Positions 25,505-33,029 of a stretch of DNA of 64,000 nucleotides are shown here, in pieces. Positions within the stretch are counted from its first letter, which is position 1. Every line of letters begins with the position of its first letter. The position numbers and the translations under genes are program-made. The notes beneath the pieces are model-generated. The model made no database searches. It was not told the DNA's origin and saw nothing but the letters and a program-made list of their open reading frames with translations. Source of the DNA: a virus (Duplodnaviria; Heunggongvirae; Uroviricota; Caudoviricetes); IMG/VR virus record IMGVR_UViG_2795385890_000001, one strand, 5' to 3'.

Positions 25505-26538
25505 CGCAACGTGATCCGCACCGCTGCGCGTTCGGACACCGCTGCGTAAACCACGACTGGTCAACCGTCGTTGACGAAGATGACGCACCCTCCGGCCAAC
25601 TCATTGCCGACGGTGTGATCTGCGGCGGCTGCCTAACCCGCCTCCGGTACGCCGTCAACGGCCTACCCCGGGACTGGGACCGGCTCCACGAAGGCATCGG
25701 GGAACGCGTGTATGTCGACCGAGCACGCGTCACCATGACCTCCACCGCAGCCATCAACCTCAACACCCAACGCGACGCCCTCCAACGCGACATCGTCGAG
25801 ACCGCCGACCGGGCAGCGGAAATGGTGGAACACGCGATGAACCTGACCGGCAGGCAGCGTCACGGCCGCCAGGGCTTCACTGTCCACCAACGTCAGGTAG
25901 TCGCCCGCTCCGTCGCCGTGGTCAGCGAAAACCTGGACGTACTCCTCGCCCAGCCCGCCCAACCCATGCTCGTCTGGGGCCGAGTACCCGACGGCGACGA
26001 GGGCTGGCATCCCCAGCACGGACAACCCCGCCACCTCGTAGACCGCGACGGCGTCGACATCGCCCTCCAACTAATCGAGCTGTCCCGCAACGTCTACCAG
26101 GCCCTCGGACTACCCCGACTACGCCACCACTCCGCCATGCCCTGCCCCGCAGTAAAACGGGACGGCCAGCAGTGCGGCGCCTACACCGTCGGCCGCTGGG
26201 ACGGCACCAGCCAATACGACTGCACCACCTGCGGCCGAACATACGGCGAACGGGAATACCCCTGGCTCCAGCGCGGCGTCATCGACCTCATGCGCGAACT
26301 CGAAGAACGGGAGAAAAACATGCAACTACTCGACCAACTCAAACACCTACTAGCCGAGGCATACTGGCGCCTCGACGGCATCAACGACATGGTCCAGCGT
26401 GTCGCCGACGAGCCACTGCTGGACGAGGCGGGCGCCGGACGACTGGTCGTCGACAAGGTGACCACGATCCTCAACGACGGGCTGGTACCGCACCAGACAC
26501 CCGAGCAGCGGCAGACCACACCGTCGGGCGGCAACTGA
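25501..26538 (+). CDS. Hypothetical protein with N-terminal Cys/His cluster
   Basis: 345-aa ORF, GTG-coupled; HRCAFGHRCVNHDW...CGGCLTRL; C-terminal coiled-coil. Confidence 0.45.
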   Translation: MTQRDPHRCAFGHRCVNHDWSTVVDEDDAPSGQLIADGVICGGCLTRLRYAVNGLPRDWDRLHEGIGERVYVDRARVTMTSTAAINLNTQRDALQRDIVETADRAAEMVEHAMNLTGRQRHGRQGFTVHQRQVVARSVAVVSENLDVLLAQPAQPMLVWGRVPDGDEGWHPQHGQPRHLVDRDGVDIALQLIELSRNVYQALGLPRLRHHSAMPCPAVKRDGQQCGAYTVGRWDGTSQYDCTTCGRTYGEREYPWLQRGVIDLMRELEEREKNMQLLDQLKHLLAEAYWRLDGINDMVQRVADEPLLDEAGAGRLVVDKVTTILNDGLVPHQTPEQRQTTPSGGN

Positions 26539-26894
26539 TGGGCGTGCAGACGGTCGTCAGCACGATCTACAAATGCGACCGGTGCGGGTCCGAGTCCACC
26601 AGCTCCCGGGACTATGAGCGCGGCGCCCACGCAGGCGCCAAGGGTGAGAAGTACTGGTGGTGCGCCGCCTGCTACACCGCCTTCCTCCGTTTCGCCGCCA
26701 ACGAGGGCACCACGCAGGAGGTCTGGCTGGGGTACCAGGGCGACGGCACCGCCCTCCAGGGCGGCTCCCGGCTGCAAGTGGTGTTCGGCGACGAGAGCAC
26801 GGCCCAGGCGTGGTATTCAGGGCTGGAGCCGGGGTCCTGGGACTACCGCAGCATCACCCGGCACAAGGTCGTCAGCGCGGGACAAACCCCGTGA
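26538..26894 (+). CDS. Zinc-ribbon protein
   Basis: YKCDRCGS...WWCAACY; ATG shares a base with the upstream TGA. Confidence 0.45.
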   Translation: MGVQTVVSTIYKCDRCGSESTSSRDYERGAHAGAKGEKYWWCAACYTAFLRFAANEGTTQEVWLGYQGDGTALQGGSRLQVVFGDESTAQAWYSGLEPGSWDYRSITRHKVVSAGQTP

Positions 26895-27244
26895 CCGGCG
26901 CCGCGGTCGAGGACCTGGAGGTCCTGGAGACCCGGGTCTACCGCCGGTACGCCCAGGCAGTCGCCGCCAGCATCCCCGCTATGCCGGACTTCTCCCACTG
27001 GCTGGACATGCTGTCCGCGCCAACCAAGTACACCGTCGACACCGCGCTGGTATGCCCCGGCACCGTCACACAGGTTCCGCAGTTCCCGCCCGAATGCTGG
27101 ATCACGTACCCAGCCCGGCGCCGCGTGTCGCTGATGCTGGCTGACGAGATGCTCAACCGCATCAACGGCGGCAACACCGCGCACGACTGGCTCGCCATGG
27201 CTGGCATCCTGTTGACCTTCGGGGGACGGAGCCGCGAGGCATGA
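26891..27244 (+). CDS. Hypothetical protein
   Basis: GTG-coupled ORF. Confidence 0.4.
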   Translation: MTGAAVEDLEVLETRVYRRYAQAVAASIPAMPDFSHWLDMLSAPTKYTVDTALVCPGTVTQVPQFPPECWITYPARRRVSLMLADEMLNRINGGNTAHDWLAMAGILLTFGGRSREA

Positions 27245-27328
27245 AACCGCGTACCCGGCACCTGCTTCCATGGACCCCAGAGACGGGACATACCAACGTG
27301 TGCCGCAGCCCAGCGATAGGGCACGACT

Positions 27329-27754
27329 ATGACTGATCAGAAGGTTTGGAAGTGGACCGGCGACAGCCGCGAGGACAAGGCGAAACGTGTCGCCCTGTCC
27401 TATCGCCAGCTCCTTGAAGACGTGGCCGCCGGACGCATCACCGACCCCATGCAGGCCCTCATCGAACGCGACAGGTACTGGCAAGACCTCGGCGTCTACT
27501 GGGCGGTGCCATCCGTCGCCCCTGTCGACCAGGAGGCGTGGTTGTCGGCCGCCGACCTCGTCATCCACCTCGCCCACATCGTCCAACTCACCGAGCACCA
27601 GGTCCGAAACTGGGCATACCGGCGACGAAAAGGACTGGGCGACGGCATAACCGAGCGCACCGGACAGGAAGGCAAACCGGAATACAACGTCGCCGACGTG
27701 CTGTCCTACCTGACCCGTCAACGCGTCCGCCGACAGGGAGGCACCAGCGCATGA
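27329..27754 (+). CDS. Putative HTH (Xis/MerR-like) DNA-binding protein
   Basis: LSAADLVIHLAHIVQLTEHQVRNWAYRRRKG resembles an HTH_17 recognition helix region. Confidence 0.4.
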   Translation: MTDQKVWKWTGDSREDKAKRVALSYRQLLEDVAAGRITDPMQALIERDRYWQDLGVYWAVPSVAPVDQEAWLSAADLVIHLAHIVQLTEHQVRNWAYRRRKGLGDGITERTGQEGKPEYNVADVLSYLTRQRVRRQGGTSA

Positions 27755-28095
27755 TCTGGGAACTATGGGCAACCCCGTCCGGCCAGATCTTCTGGCAGCT
27801 CGACAACTGGGGTGGCTTCTACAAATGCGAACCACCCACCGGCGGCCGCGAGACGGTGGATACGCTGCCCGCCGACGCCCGGCCACTGATCAACGACGGC
27901 AGGTGGATCACCGGCGTCATGGACGCCGCCGAAGACGAGGCCCAACGCCGCATCCTGGAGCCCGACTGGCCAACCCAACGTGTAGAACGCCCCTACGAGA
28001 AAGCCCAGCGCCTGCGGTTTGAGCGGTACATGGCAGAGGTCAAGAGCATGACCGCAGCGGCAATCGCCACACCCCAGAATGGCGGAACATCATGA
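27751..28095 (+). CDS. Hypothetical protein
   Basis: ATGA-coupled ORF. Confidence 0.4.
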   Translation: MIWELWATPSGQIFWQLDNWGGFYKCEPPTGGRETVDTLPADARPLINDGRWITGVMDAAEDEAQRRILEPDWPTQRVERPYEKAQRLRFERYMAEVKSMTAAAIATPQNGGTS

Positions 28096-28556
28096 CCGGC
28101 ATCGCCTTCGTTGACGTGACCCTGGCATGGAAACGCATCGAGGATCGTTGGCACAAGGGCCGCTGGTTGTGGGTCGCCCACCACCGCGACGACACCGGTG
28201 GGACGTACACCCTGTTGCCGCGGACAGCGGCGGCGGATACAAGCCCCCGGAGGACCCGGAATGCCCCGAGGGCCAGCACCATCCACCTACAGCTCCGGCA
28301 AGTCATGGCACAGGCGAAACTGGAGGTAACAGCGCTGGTAGCGGGTCTGGCGGTAGCGGTGGGTCCTCGGCGAGTGGAGGGGCTGGCACCGGACGGTGAT
28401 GGTCGCGGCTACCGAGCGGCTATACAGCCAAGCCCCAATCCTGTTGCCGCACCGCTATACCGCGGTATAGCTTCGTTTTCAGACAACAAAACAACGGACG
28501 ACGTGAACAGGATGCAGGTCGGTTATCTCGGGGTACGCCCCCGTAGTTCAAGTTAG
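28092..28556 (+). CDS. Hypothetical protein (only the N-terminal ~70 aa look protein-like; true stop uncertain)
   Basis: ATGA-coupled start. Distal half is low-complexity and overlaps the palindrome/terminator at 28455-28480. Confidence 0.25.
   Translation: MTGIAFVDVTLAWKRIEDRWHKGRWLWVAHHRDDTGGTYTLLPRTAAADTSPRRTRNAPRASTIHLQLRQVMAQAKLEVTALVAGLAVAVGPRRVEGLAPDGDGRGYRAAIQPSPNPVAAPLYRGIASFSDNKTTDDVNRMQVGYLGVRPRSSS
28455..28470. terminator. 16-bp perfect palindrome CTATACCGCGGTATAG followed by TTCGTTTTC (terminator-like; related to the palindrome at 31514)
   Basis: AT-containing perfect palindrome in GC-rich DNA, with a T-run 3' of it, immediately upstream of the tRNA-like repeat array. Confidence 0.4.
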
Positions 28557-28615
28557 AACGCCCCGAGCCAAGCGGGGAAATGGAGCCAAACCCGCCCAGC
28601 GCCAACCACGTTCAC
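28503..28615 (+). ncRNA. Degenerate Y-RNA-like repeat unit 0 (conserved 5'/3' helix elements present, tRNA-like arms decayed)
   Basis: Starts with the conserved block GTGAACAGGATGCAGGTCGGTTATC and ends with CACGTTCAC, which pairs with the 5' GTGAAC. Internal arms are not canonical. Confidence 0.3.
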
Positions 28616-28654
28616 GTCGTACCCCAGACCACAACTACATAGACACCAGATGGT

Positions 28655-28780
28655 GCGAGCAGGACGCAGGTCGGTTACCACTTCTAATGGAGAGGTCGCG
28701 GGTTCGAGTCCCGCCAGCCAGCCCCCGGCTGTAGCTCAGTTGGCAGAGCGCTAAACCCCGGTCAGCACACACACGTTCGC
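28655..28780 (+). ncRNA. Y-RNA-like repeat unit 1 with tRNA-like domain (T-arm GCGGGTTCGAGTCCCGC, acceptor hairpin CAGCCAG/CCGGCTG, D-arm GCTCAGTTGGCAGAGC)
   Basis: Permuted tRNA-like order, no anticodon arm. Outer helix GCGAGC/GTTCGC, inner helix CAGGTCGG/CCGGTCAG. Confidence 0.6.
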
Positions 28781-28817
28781 CCCATCACCCAACACAACTC
28801 CATACACGCATCGGGGT

Positions 28818-28953
28818 GCGACCAGGACGCATGGTCGGTTATCGCATTCGGAGCGGGAGGTCGCAGGTTCAAATCCTGCCCCCGGCATCACATGTCCGGG
28901 GTAGCTCAGCCTGGCAGAGCGCCTAAAACACCGGTCGGCACACACACGGTCGC
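28818..28953 (+). ncRNA. Y-RNA-like repeat unit 2 (T-arm GCAGGTTCAAATCCTGC, acceptor hairpin CCCCGGC/TCCGGGG, D-arm GCTCAGCCTGGCAGAGC)
   Basis: Outer helix GCGACC/GGTCGC compensates relative to unit 1. Confidence 0.6.
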
Positions 28954-28987
28954 GCCCCCTGACACAACTCCATAGACGCAGCACGGT

Positions 28988-29115
28988 GTGAACAGGACGT
29001 CAGTCGGTTAACTCCTTTCACGAGAGAGACGCGGGTTCGAATCCCGTCGACCACGAAAGTGGTTGTAGCTCAGTGGCCTAGAGCGCTTAACCCCGGCAGA
29101 CACCCACACGCTCAC
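28988..29115 (+). ncRNA. Y-RNA-like repeat unit 3 (T-arm GCGGGTTCGAATCCCGT, acceptor hairpin CGACCAC-gaaa-GTGGTTG, D-arm GCTCAGTGGCCTAGAGC)
   Basis: Perfect 7-bp closed acceptor hairpin; outer helix GTGAAC/GCTCAC. Confidence 0.6.
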
Positions 29116-29154
29116 ACCGCCTCAAACGCCAGCAGACGCACGCGCGCAGGCGGT

Positions 29155-29285
29155 GTGGACAGGACGCAGGGCGGTTACCAAAACAGTCAGGTGTGGGTTC
29201 GAGCCCCACCACCTCGATCGCGGGGTGTAGCCCAATTGGTAGAGGCAATTGTCCACATACGCCGGTCAGCACCCCACACGCCCAC
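29155..29285 (+). ncRNA. Y-RNA-like repeat unit 4 (T-arm GTGGGTTCGAGCCCCAC, acceptor hairpin CACCTCG-atcg-CGGGGTG, weakened D-arm)
   Basis: Outer helix GTGGAC/GCCCAC; D-arm TAGCCCAATTGGTAGAGGC is partly degenerate. Confidence 0.5.
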
Positions 29286-29329
29286 ACCACCTACGCGCAC
29301 GCACGACAGACAACCCGATGTGAACAGGA

Positions 29330-29434
29330 CGCTCGGTCGGTTATCACTCAATTGGTTAATGCAGGTTCAAGCCCTGTCGCCCGCACCCAGTGCGGGTGTA
29401 AAAGCGAAATCCCGGTCAGCACAAACACGTTCAC
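29330..29434 (+). ncRNA. Y-RNA-like repeat unit 5 (T-arm GCAGGTTCAAGCCCTGT, acceptor hairpin CGCCCGC/GCGGGTG, D-arm deleted)
   Basis: Outer helix GTGAAC/GTTCAC is perfect; D-arm replaced by TAAAAGCGAAAT. Confidence 0.45.
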
Positions 29435-29464
29435 ATCACCCGCCCAATAGCCCTCGCGGGTGGC

Positions 29465-29537
29465 ACGAGCAGGATCGCAGTCGGTTACCCCACCCCTCGC
29501 AAGGATGACGAACCCCGGCGGCCCTTCACACGTTCGC
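29465..29537 (+). ncRNA. Degenerate terminal repeat remnant (conserved CGAGCAGGATCGCAGTCGGTTACC ... CACACGTTCGCG only)
   Basis: Has the conserved 5' and 3' helix blocks but no T-arm or D-arm. Lies directly before the RBS of the Ro60 gene. Confidence 0.25.
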
Positions 29538-29569
29538 GCCGCCCGCACCCTCTAACAAGGAGATGCACG

Positions 29570-31285
29570 GTGGACGTTCTCACCACTATCGGAACCCGTA
29601 AGACGCCGCAGTCGCAGCAGGCGGACCCCCGGCAGGTGAAGAACTCCGCCGGTGGCTACACCTTCACCATCGACGACGAGGCCCTGCTGCACCGCTTCCT
29701 CACCCTCGGCACCGACGGCGGCACCTACTACACCAACGCCCCCGACCTCACCAAGGACACAGCGGCCGTCGTGCTCCGCGCAGCAGCCGCCGACCCAGTC
29801 CGCCTCGTCCAGCACATCGTCGAGGTGTCCGTGGACGGACGCGCACCCCGGCAGAACCCGGCCCTGTTCGCCCTCGCCATCGCCGCCGCAGCAGAGGACG
29901 TCGACGGCCGCCGCGCCGCAGCAGCCGCCCTGCCCACGGTCGCCCGCACCGGCACTCAGCTCTACACGTTCGTCAAGTACATGGAGCAGTTCCGCGGGTG
30001 GGGCCGCGCCATGCAGCGGGCCGTCGGCGGCTGGTACCTCGACAAGCCCGTCGACCGCCTCGCCTACCAGCTGGTCAAGTACCGGCAGCGCGAAGGCTGG
30101 ATGCACCGGGACCTCCTGCGCCTGTCTGGCCCCGCCACGGCGGACCCGGCCCGCCGCCTCGCCTTCAACTGGGCAGTCGGCAAGGGCCTGAACGACTACA
30201 TCGGCAAGATCCGGCCCCTCACCGCCGAGCAGTTGAAGGCAGGGGAGCGCAACGCCTCCCGGCCCAAGCTGCCGAATGTCGAGCTGTCGGTTGACCACCC
30301 CCTGGCGATCATCGAGGACTTCGAGGACGCCCAGCGCGCCAGCCAACCCAAGGAATGGGTGAGCATCATTCGACGTGGCAACGGCCTTCCGTGGGAAGCG
30401 TTGCCAGACGTCGCGCTCAACTTCACCGCTGTGTGGGAAGCGCTGATTGAGCATGGGCTGCCGCAGACGGCTTTGATGCGCCAACTGCCTCGTCTGACCC
30501 GGCACGGCGTCCTGCATGGTGAATATCTGGATCGTGTCGTTGCTCAGCTCCAGGACGCCGACCGTCTACGCAAGGGCCGCGTCCACCCGGTCAACGTCCT
30601 GATCGCGCAGCGCACCTACGCGTCCGGGCATTCGGCGCGCGGCGACTCCACCTGGACGCCGGAACGCAAGGTCGTGGATGCCCTGGACGCCGCGTTCTAC
30701 AACGCCTACGGAGCGGTAGAGCCGTCGGGCAAGCGCACCCTGCTGGCGCTGGACGTGTCCGGCTCCATGGGCGCCGCGATCTCAGGTATGCCGCTGACAT
30801 GCCGCGAGGCCGCAGCCGCACTCGCACTCGTCACCACCAACGTCGAGCCCAACCACGAGGTCGTCGGCTTCACCGACGGCCGACAGGCCGCGCGCTCGGG
30901 CTACGGCTACCGGTCCCAGCACCACATCACCCCGCTGGACATCACACCGCGCCGCCGTCTCGACGACGTCTGCCGGTACACCGCCGGACTCAGCTTCGGC
31001 GCTACCGACTGCGCACTCCCCATGCTGTGGGCACAGCAGTCCAAGCGCGAGTTCGACACGTTCGTGGTCATCACCGACAACGAGACCTGGTTCGGCGACG
31101 TCCACCCGCACCAGGCGCTCCGCGACTACCGCAACAAGATGGGCATCAACGCCCGCCTGATCGTTGTCGGCATGACGGCAACCCGCTTCACCATCGCCGA
31201 CCCCGCCGACCCCGGCCAGCTCGACGTATCCGGTTTCGACTCAGCTGTCCCGCAGCTGATCTCGGACTTCTCAGCCGGACTGTAG
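29570..31285 (+). CDS. rsr: Ro60-like TROVE-domain protein with C-terminal vWA/MIDAS domain (Rsr ortholog)
   Basis: N-terminus KNSAGGYTFTIDDEALLHRFLTLGTDGGTYYTNAPDLTKDTAAVVLR...GRAPRQNPALFALAIAAA is the Ro60/Rsr TROVE signature. C-terminus LALDVSGSM is a MIDAS DxSxS motif of vWA. RBS AAGGAG before the GTG start. Confidence 0.8.
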   Translation: MDVLTTIGTRKTPQSQQADPRQVKNSAGGYTFTIDDEALLHRFLTLGTDGGTYYTNAPDLTKDTAAVVLRAAAADPVRLVQHIVEVSVDGRAPRQNPALFALAIAAAAEDVDGRRAAAAALPTVARTGTQLYTFVKYMEQFRGWGRAMQRAVGGWYLDKPVDRLAYQLVKYRQREGWMHRDLLRLSGPATADPARRLAFNWAVGKGLNDYIGKIRPLTAEQLKAGERNASRPKLPNVELSVDHPLAIIEDFEDAQRASQPKEWVSIIRRGNGLPWEALPDVALNFTAVWEALIEHGLPQTALMRQLPRLTRHGVLHGEYLDRVVAQLQDADRLRKGRVHPVNVLIAQRTYASGHSARGDSTWTPERKVVDALDAAFYNAYGAVEPSGKRTLLALDVSGSMGAAISGMPLTCREAAAALALVTTNVEPNHEVVGFTDGRQAARSGYGYRSQHHITPLDITPRRRLDDVCRYTAGLSFGATDCALPMLWAQQSKREFDTFVVITDNETWFGDVHPHQALRDYRNKMGINARLIVVGMTATRFTIADPADPGQLDVSGFDSAVPQLISDFSAGL

Positions 31286-31291
31286 GAACGC

Positions 31292-31519
31292 GTGGACCCA
31301 AGGGCACAGCAGGCGCGGGAGCATCATCGGCTATCAGGTGATGCCTCCCGCGTCGGCGCATTGCACCGCGACCAGCGCGATGCCATAGTGCGGAACCTCT
31401 GGGATACGGAGCGTGAGAAGTGGACCTACGCCACCCTTGCCGCGGCGGTCGAATGCTCACCACAACTCATCCAGAAAATCATCGACGGCCGCACTGGAAC
31501 CACTCGACATAGCGTATAG
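31292..31519 (+). CDS. Small putative HTH protein
   Basis: TYATLAAAVECSPQLIQKIIDGRTG is helix-turn-helix-like. Its stop overlaps the 31514 palindrome. Confidence 0.35.
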   Translation: MDPRAQQAREHHRLSGDASRVGALHRDQRDAIVRNLWDTEREKWTYATLAAAVECSPQLIQKIIDGRTGTTRHSV

Positions 31520-31529
31520 CGCGCTATAC
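31514..31529. promoter_or_regulatory. 16-bp perfect palindrome GTATAGCGCGCTATAC in an AT-rich intergenic island (related to 28455-28470)
   Basis: Perfect palindrome with the same TATA(C/G)CGCG(G/C)TATA architecture as the one upstream of the RNA array, followed by ATTAGAAATAT. Confidence 0.4.
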
Positions 31530-31538
31530 ATTAGAAAT

Positions 31539-31790
31539 ATGCGTAAGGCGTCGAAAATCAAATGCTCACAAACTGACTCGATTATCGCCCCCGCCGTCGC
31601 TGACTCGGATTTCTGGTCTTATGTCGTCACGCTCCCTAGCCGCGACGCACGCGGGCCAGCCGTGAAGTACAACGGCTGCCGCCGCTCTACGACCGGCCGG
31701 TGGAATCTGCGAGATCTCGTCACGGGCTCCCCGGTCGGCTGGGGCTATGCCGACGACGAGGTTGTGGTGCTGGAGGTGCTCAGCCGATAA
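31539..31790 (+). CDS. Hypothetical protein
   Basis: ATG after the AT-rich spacer; MRKASKIKCSQTDSIIAPAV... Confidence 0.35.
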   Translation: MRKASKIKCSQTDSIIAPAVADSDFWSYVVTLPSRDARGPAVKYNGCRRSTTGRWNLRDLVTGSPVGWGYADDEVVVLEVLSR

Positions 31791-31834
31791 CCCGCATGCC
31801 CCCGAACGCCATTCGATCAAGGAGACCTAGGCCA

Positions 31835-32164
31835 ATGACCACCACGTACACCGTTACTCGTGAACAGCTCGACGCCTTCCAGGTGACCCTCGACGACCTC
31901 GATGAGGAGGTTAGTGCCCAGGTTCGCGATGACTACAGCGGCCGAGGCATGTACGGCAACACATGCATCGGCGTCGTCATGGGTGACCTTCGATTCCTGC
32001 CCGCGATCACCGCCGAGTTGGCGTACATCGTTGGTGAACTCGCGTCCAGCGACGACGTCATCGCACTGACCGAGTTCCTGTGGGAATTGCCCACCGAGAC
32101 CGACAGCATGGGCCGCAGCACCATCGTCTACTGGCCCAACGTCCGACTCGCCACGGACTACTGA
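31835..32164 (+). CDS. Hypothetical acidic protein
   Basis: RBS AAGGAGACC; MTTTYTVTREQLDAFQVTLDDL... Confidence 0.45.
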   Translation: MTTTYTVTREQLDAFQVTLDDLDEEVSAQVRDDYSGRGMYGNTCIGVVMGDLRFLPAITAELAYIVGELASSDDVIALTEFLWELPTETDSMGRSTIVYWPNVRLATDY

Positions 32165-32169
32165 CCGCG

Positions 32170-32598
32170 ATGGATTTCAAAACTGCTGCCATGGTGACCC
32201 CAACCATCGGAGCCCCTGTGCCCACCCCACGCATGTTCGGCCTAGGCGCTGTCTTGACTGTCACCACGGACGTGTTCCTGGTGGCCGACATTGGCGACAT
32301 CTACGAACTCCTCAACTACATGACCGGCGACAACCTCTTCACCCACCAATTGCCCCGCGCCGCAGGCGAATGCAAGCCAGCACTGCTGGAACAACACCCC
32401 CAGCTGGCCGCCGTCGATGTACCCGAACTGCCAGACGCAGACGCTTATATGGCCCACCTTGCCGATCTGGAGAAGGTGCACGGCGCCGAACTGGCCGTCG
32501 CACCGCTGGCCACGGGCGCGCACAAGCGCATCAATCCGTTGACCGAGCTAGCTGACATGATGCCCGGCAAGCCCGTAATCGCGGTGATCGCACCATGA
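32170..32598 (+). CDS. Hypothetical protein
   Basis: MDFKTAAMVTPTIGAPVP...; in frame with track ORF 32080..32598. Confidence 0.45.
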   Translation: MDFKTAAMVTPTIGAPVPTPRMFGLGAVLTVTTDVFLVADIGDIYELLNYMTGDNLFTHQLPRAAGECKPALLEQHPQLAAVDVPELPDADAYMAHLADLEKVHGAELAVAPLATGAHKRINPLTELADMMPGKPVIAVIAP

Positions 32599-33029
32599 GC
32601 GCCAAGGAGCTGCCGCGCTGGATGCATGTGGGCGCCAACGTAGTCCAGGTGCGACCTGACCGATACCACGGCGACATCGTCAGTTCAGGCACGGTCTCTC
32701 GCATCCTGGCCCGCGACATCGTCGTTGTCGGAACGGGCGGGTCAGAGCTGGTGCGGTTCCACCGTAACGACTACAACCAGGGAGACGACGAGTACTACCG
32801 CTCATCCGGGTACGGCAGTTGGCACGGCATCACGCACAGGATGTATAGGGCCGACGACCCCCGCGCCGTGACAGCCATCTATCGGTCGAAGGTGCGGGGC
32901 GGAGTCAAGCTCCTCAAGAAGGCGGTCGACAGTATCGATGACCCGGCGTCGCCAGAAACTCCGGACGCCCTCGACGCCATAGCGGCCCACGCCACCAAGC
33001 TGGCCCGATTCATCAGGGACGGCCAATGA
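32595..33029 (+). CDS. Hypothetical protein
   Basis: ATGA-coupled ORF. Confidence 0.45.
   Translation: MSAKELPRWMHVGANVVQVRPDRYHGDIVSSGTVSRILARDIVVVGTGGSELVRFHRNDYNQGDDEYYRSSGYGSWHGITHRMYRADDPRAVTAIYRSKVRGGVKLLKKAVDSIDDPASPETPDALDAIAAHATKLARFIRDGQ

Noticed and set aside
28127-28399. ORF 28127..28399 (Gly/Ser-rich, GNSAGSGSGGSGGSSASGGAG)
   Set aside because: Low-complexity translation overlapping 28092..28556 in another frame; neither can be confirmed. Only the N-terminal part of 28092.. is kept at low confidence.
28503-29537. CRISPR array (regularly spaced repeats)
   Set aside because: Repeat period is about 165 bp with long structured conserved blocks and variable hairpins, not 25-40-bp direct repeats separated by unique spacers. 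No cas genes nearby.
28560-29550. Cluster of ordinary tRNA genes (multiple canonical T-arms GGTTCGA(A/G)TCC and D-arms GCTCAGTTGG...GAGC)
   Set aside because: In each case the D-arm lies downstream of the T-arm of the same repeat and there is no anticodon stem-loop. The acceptor 5' strands pair with the preceding, not the following, 3' strands. No unit can be folded into a cloverleaf, so they are tRNA-like modules of a different RNA (see Y-RNA findings), not tRNA genes.
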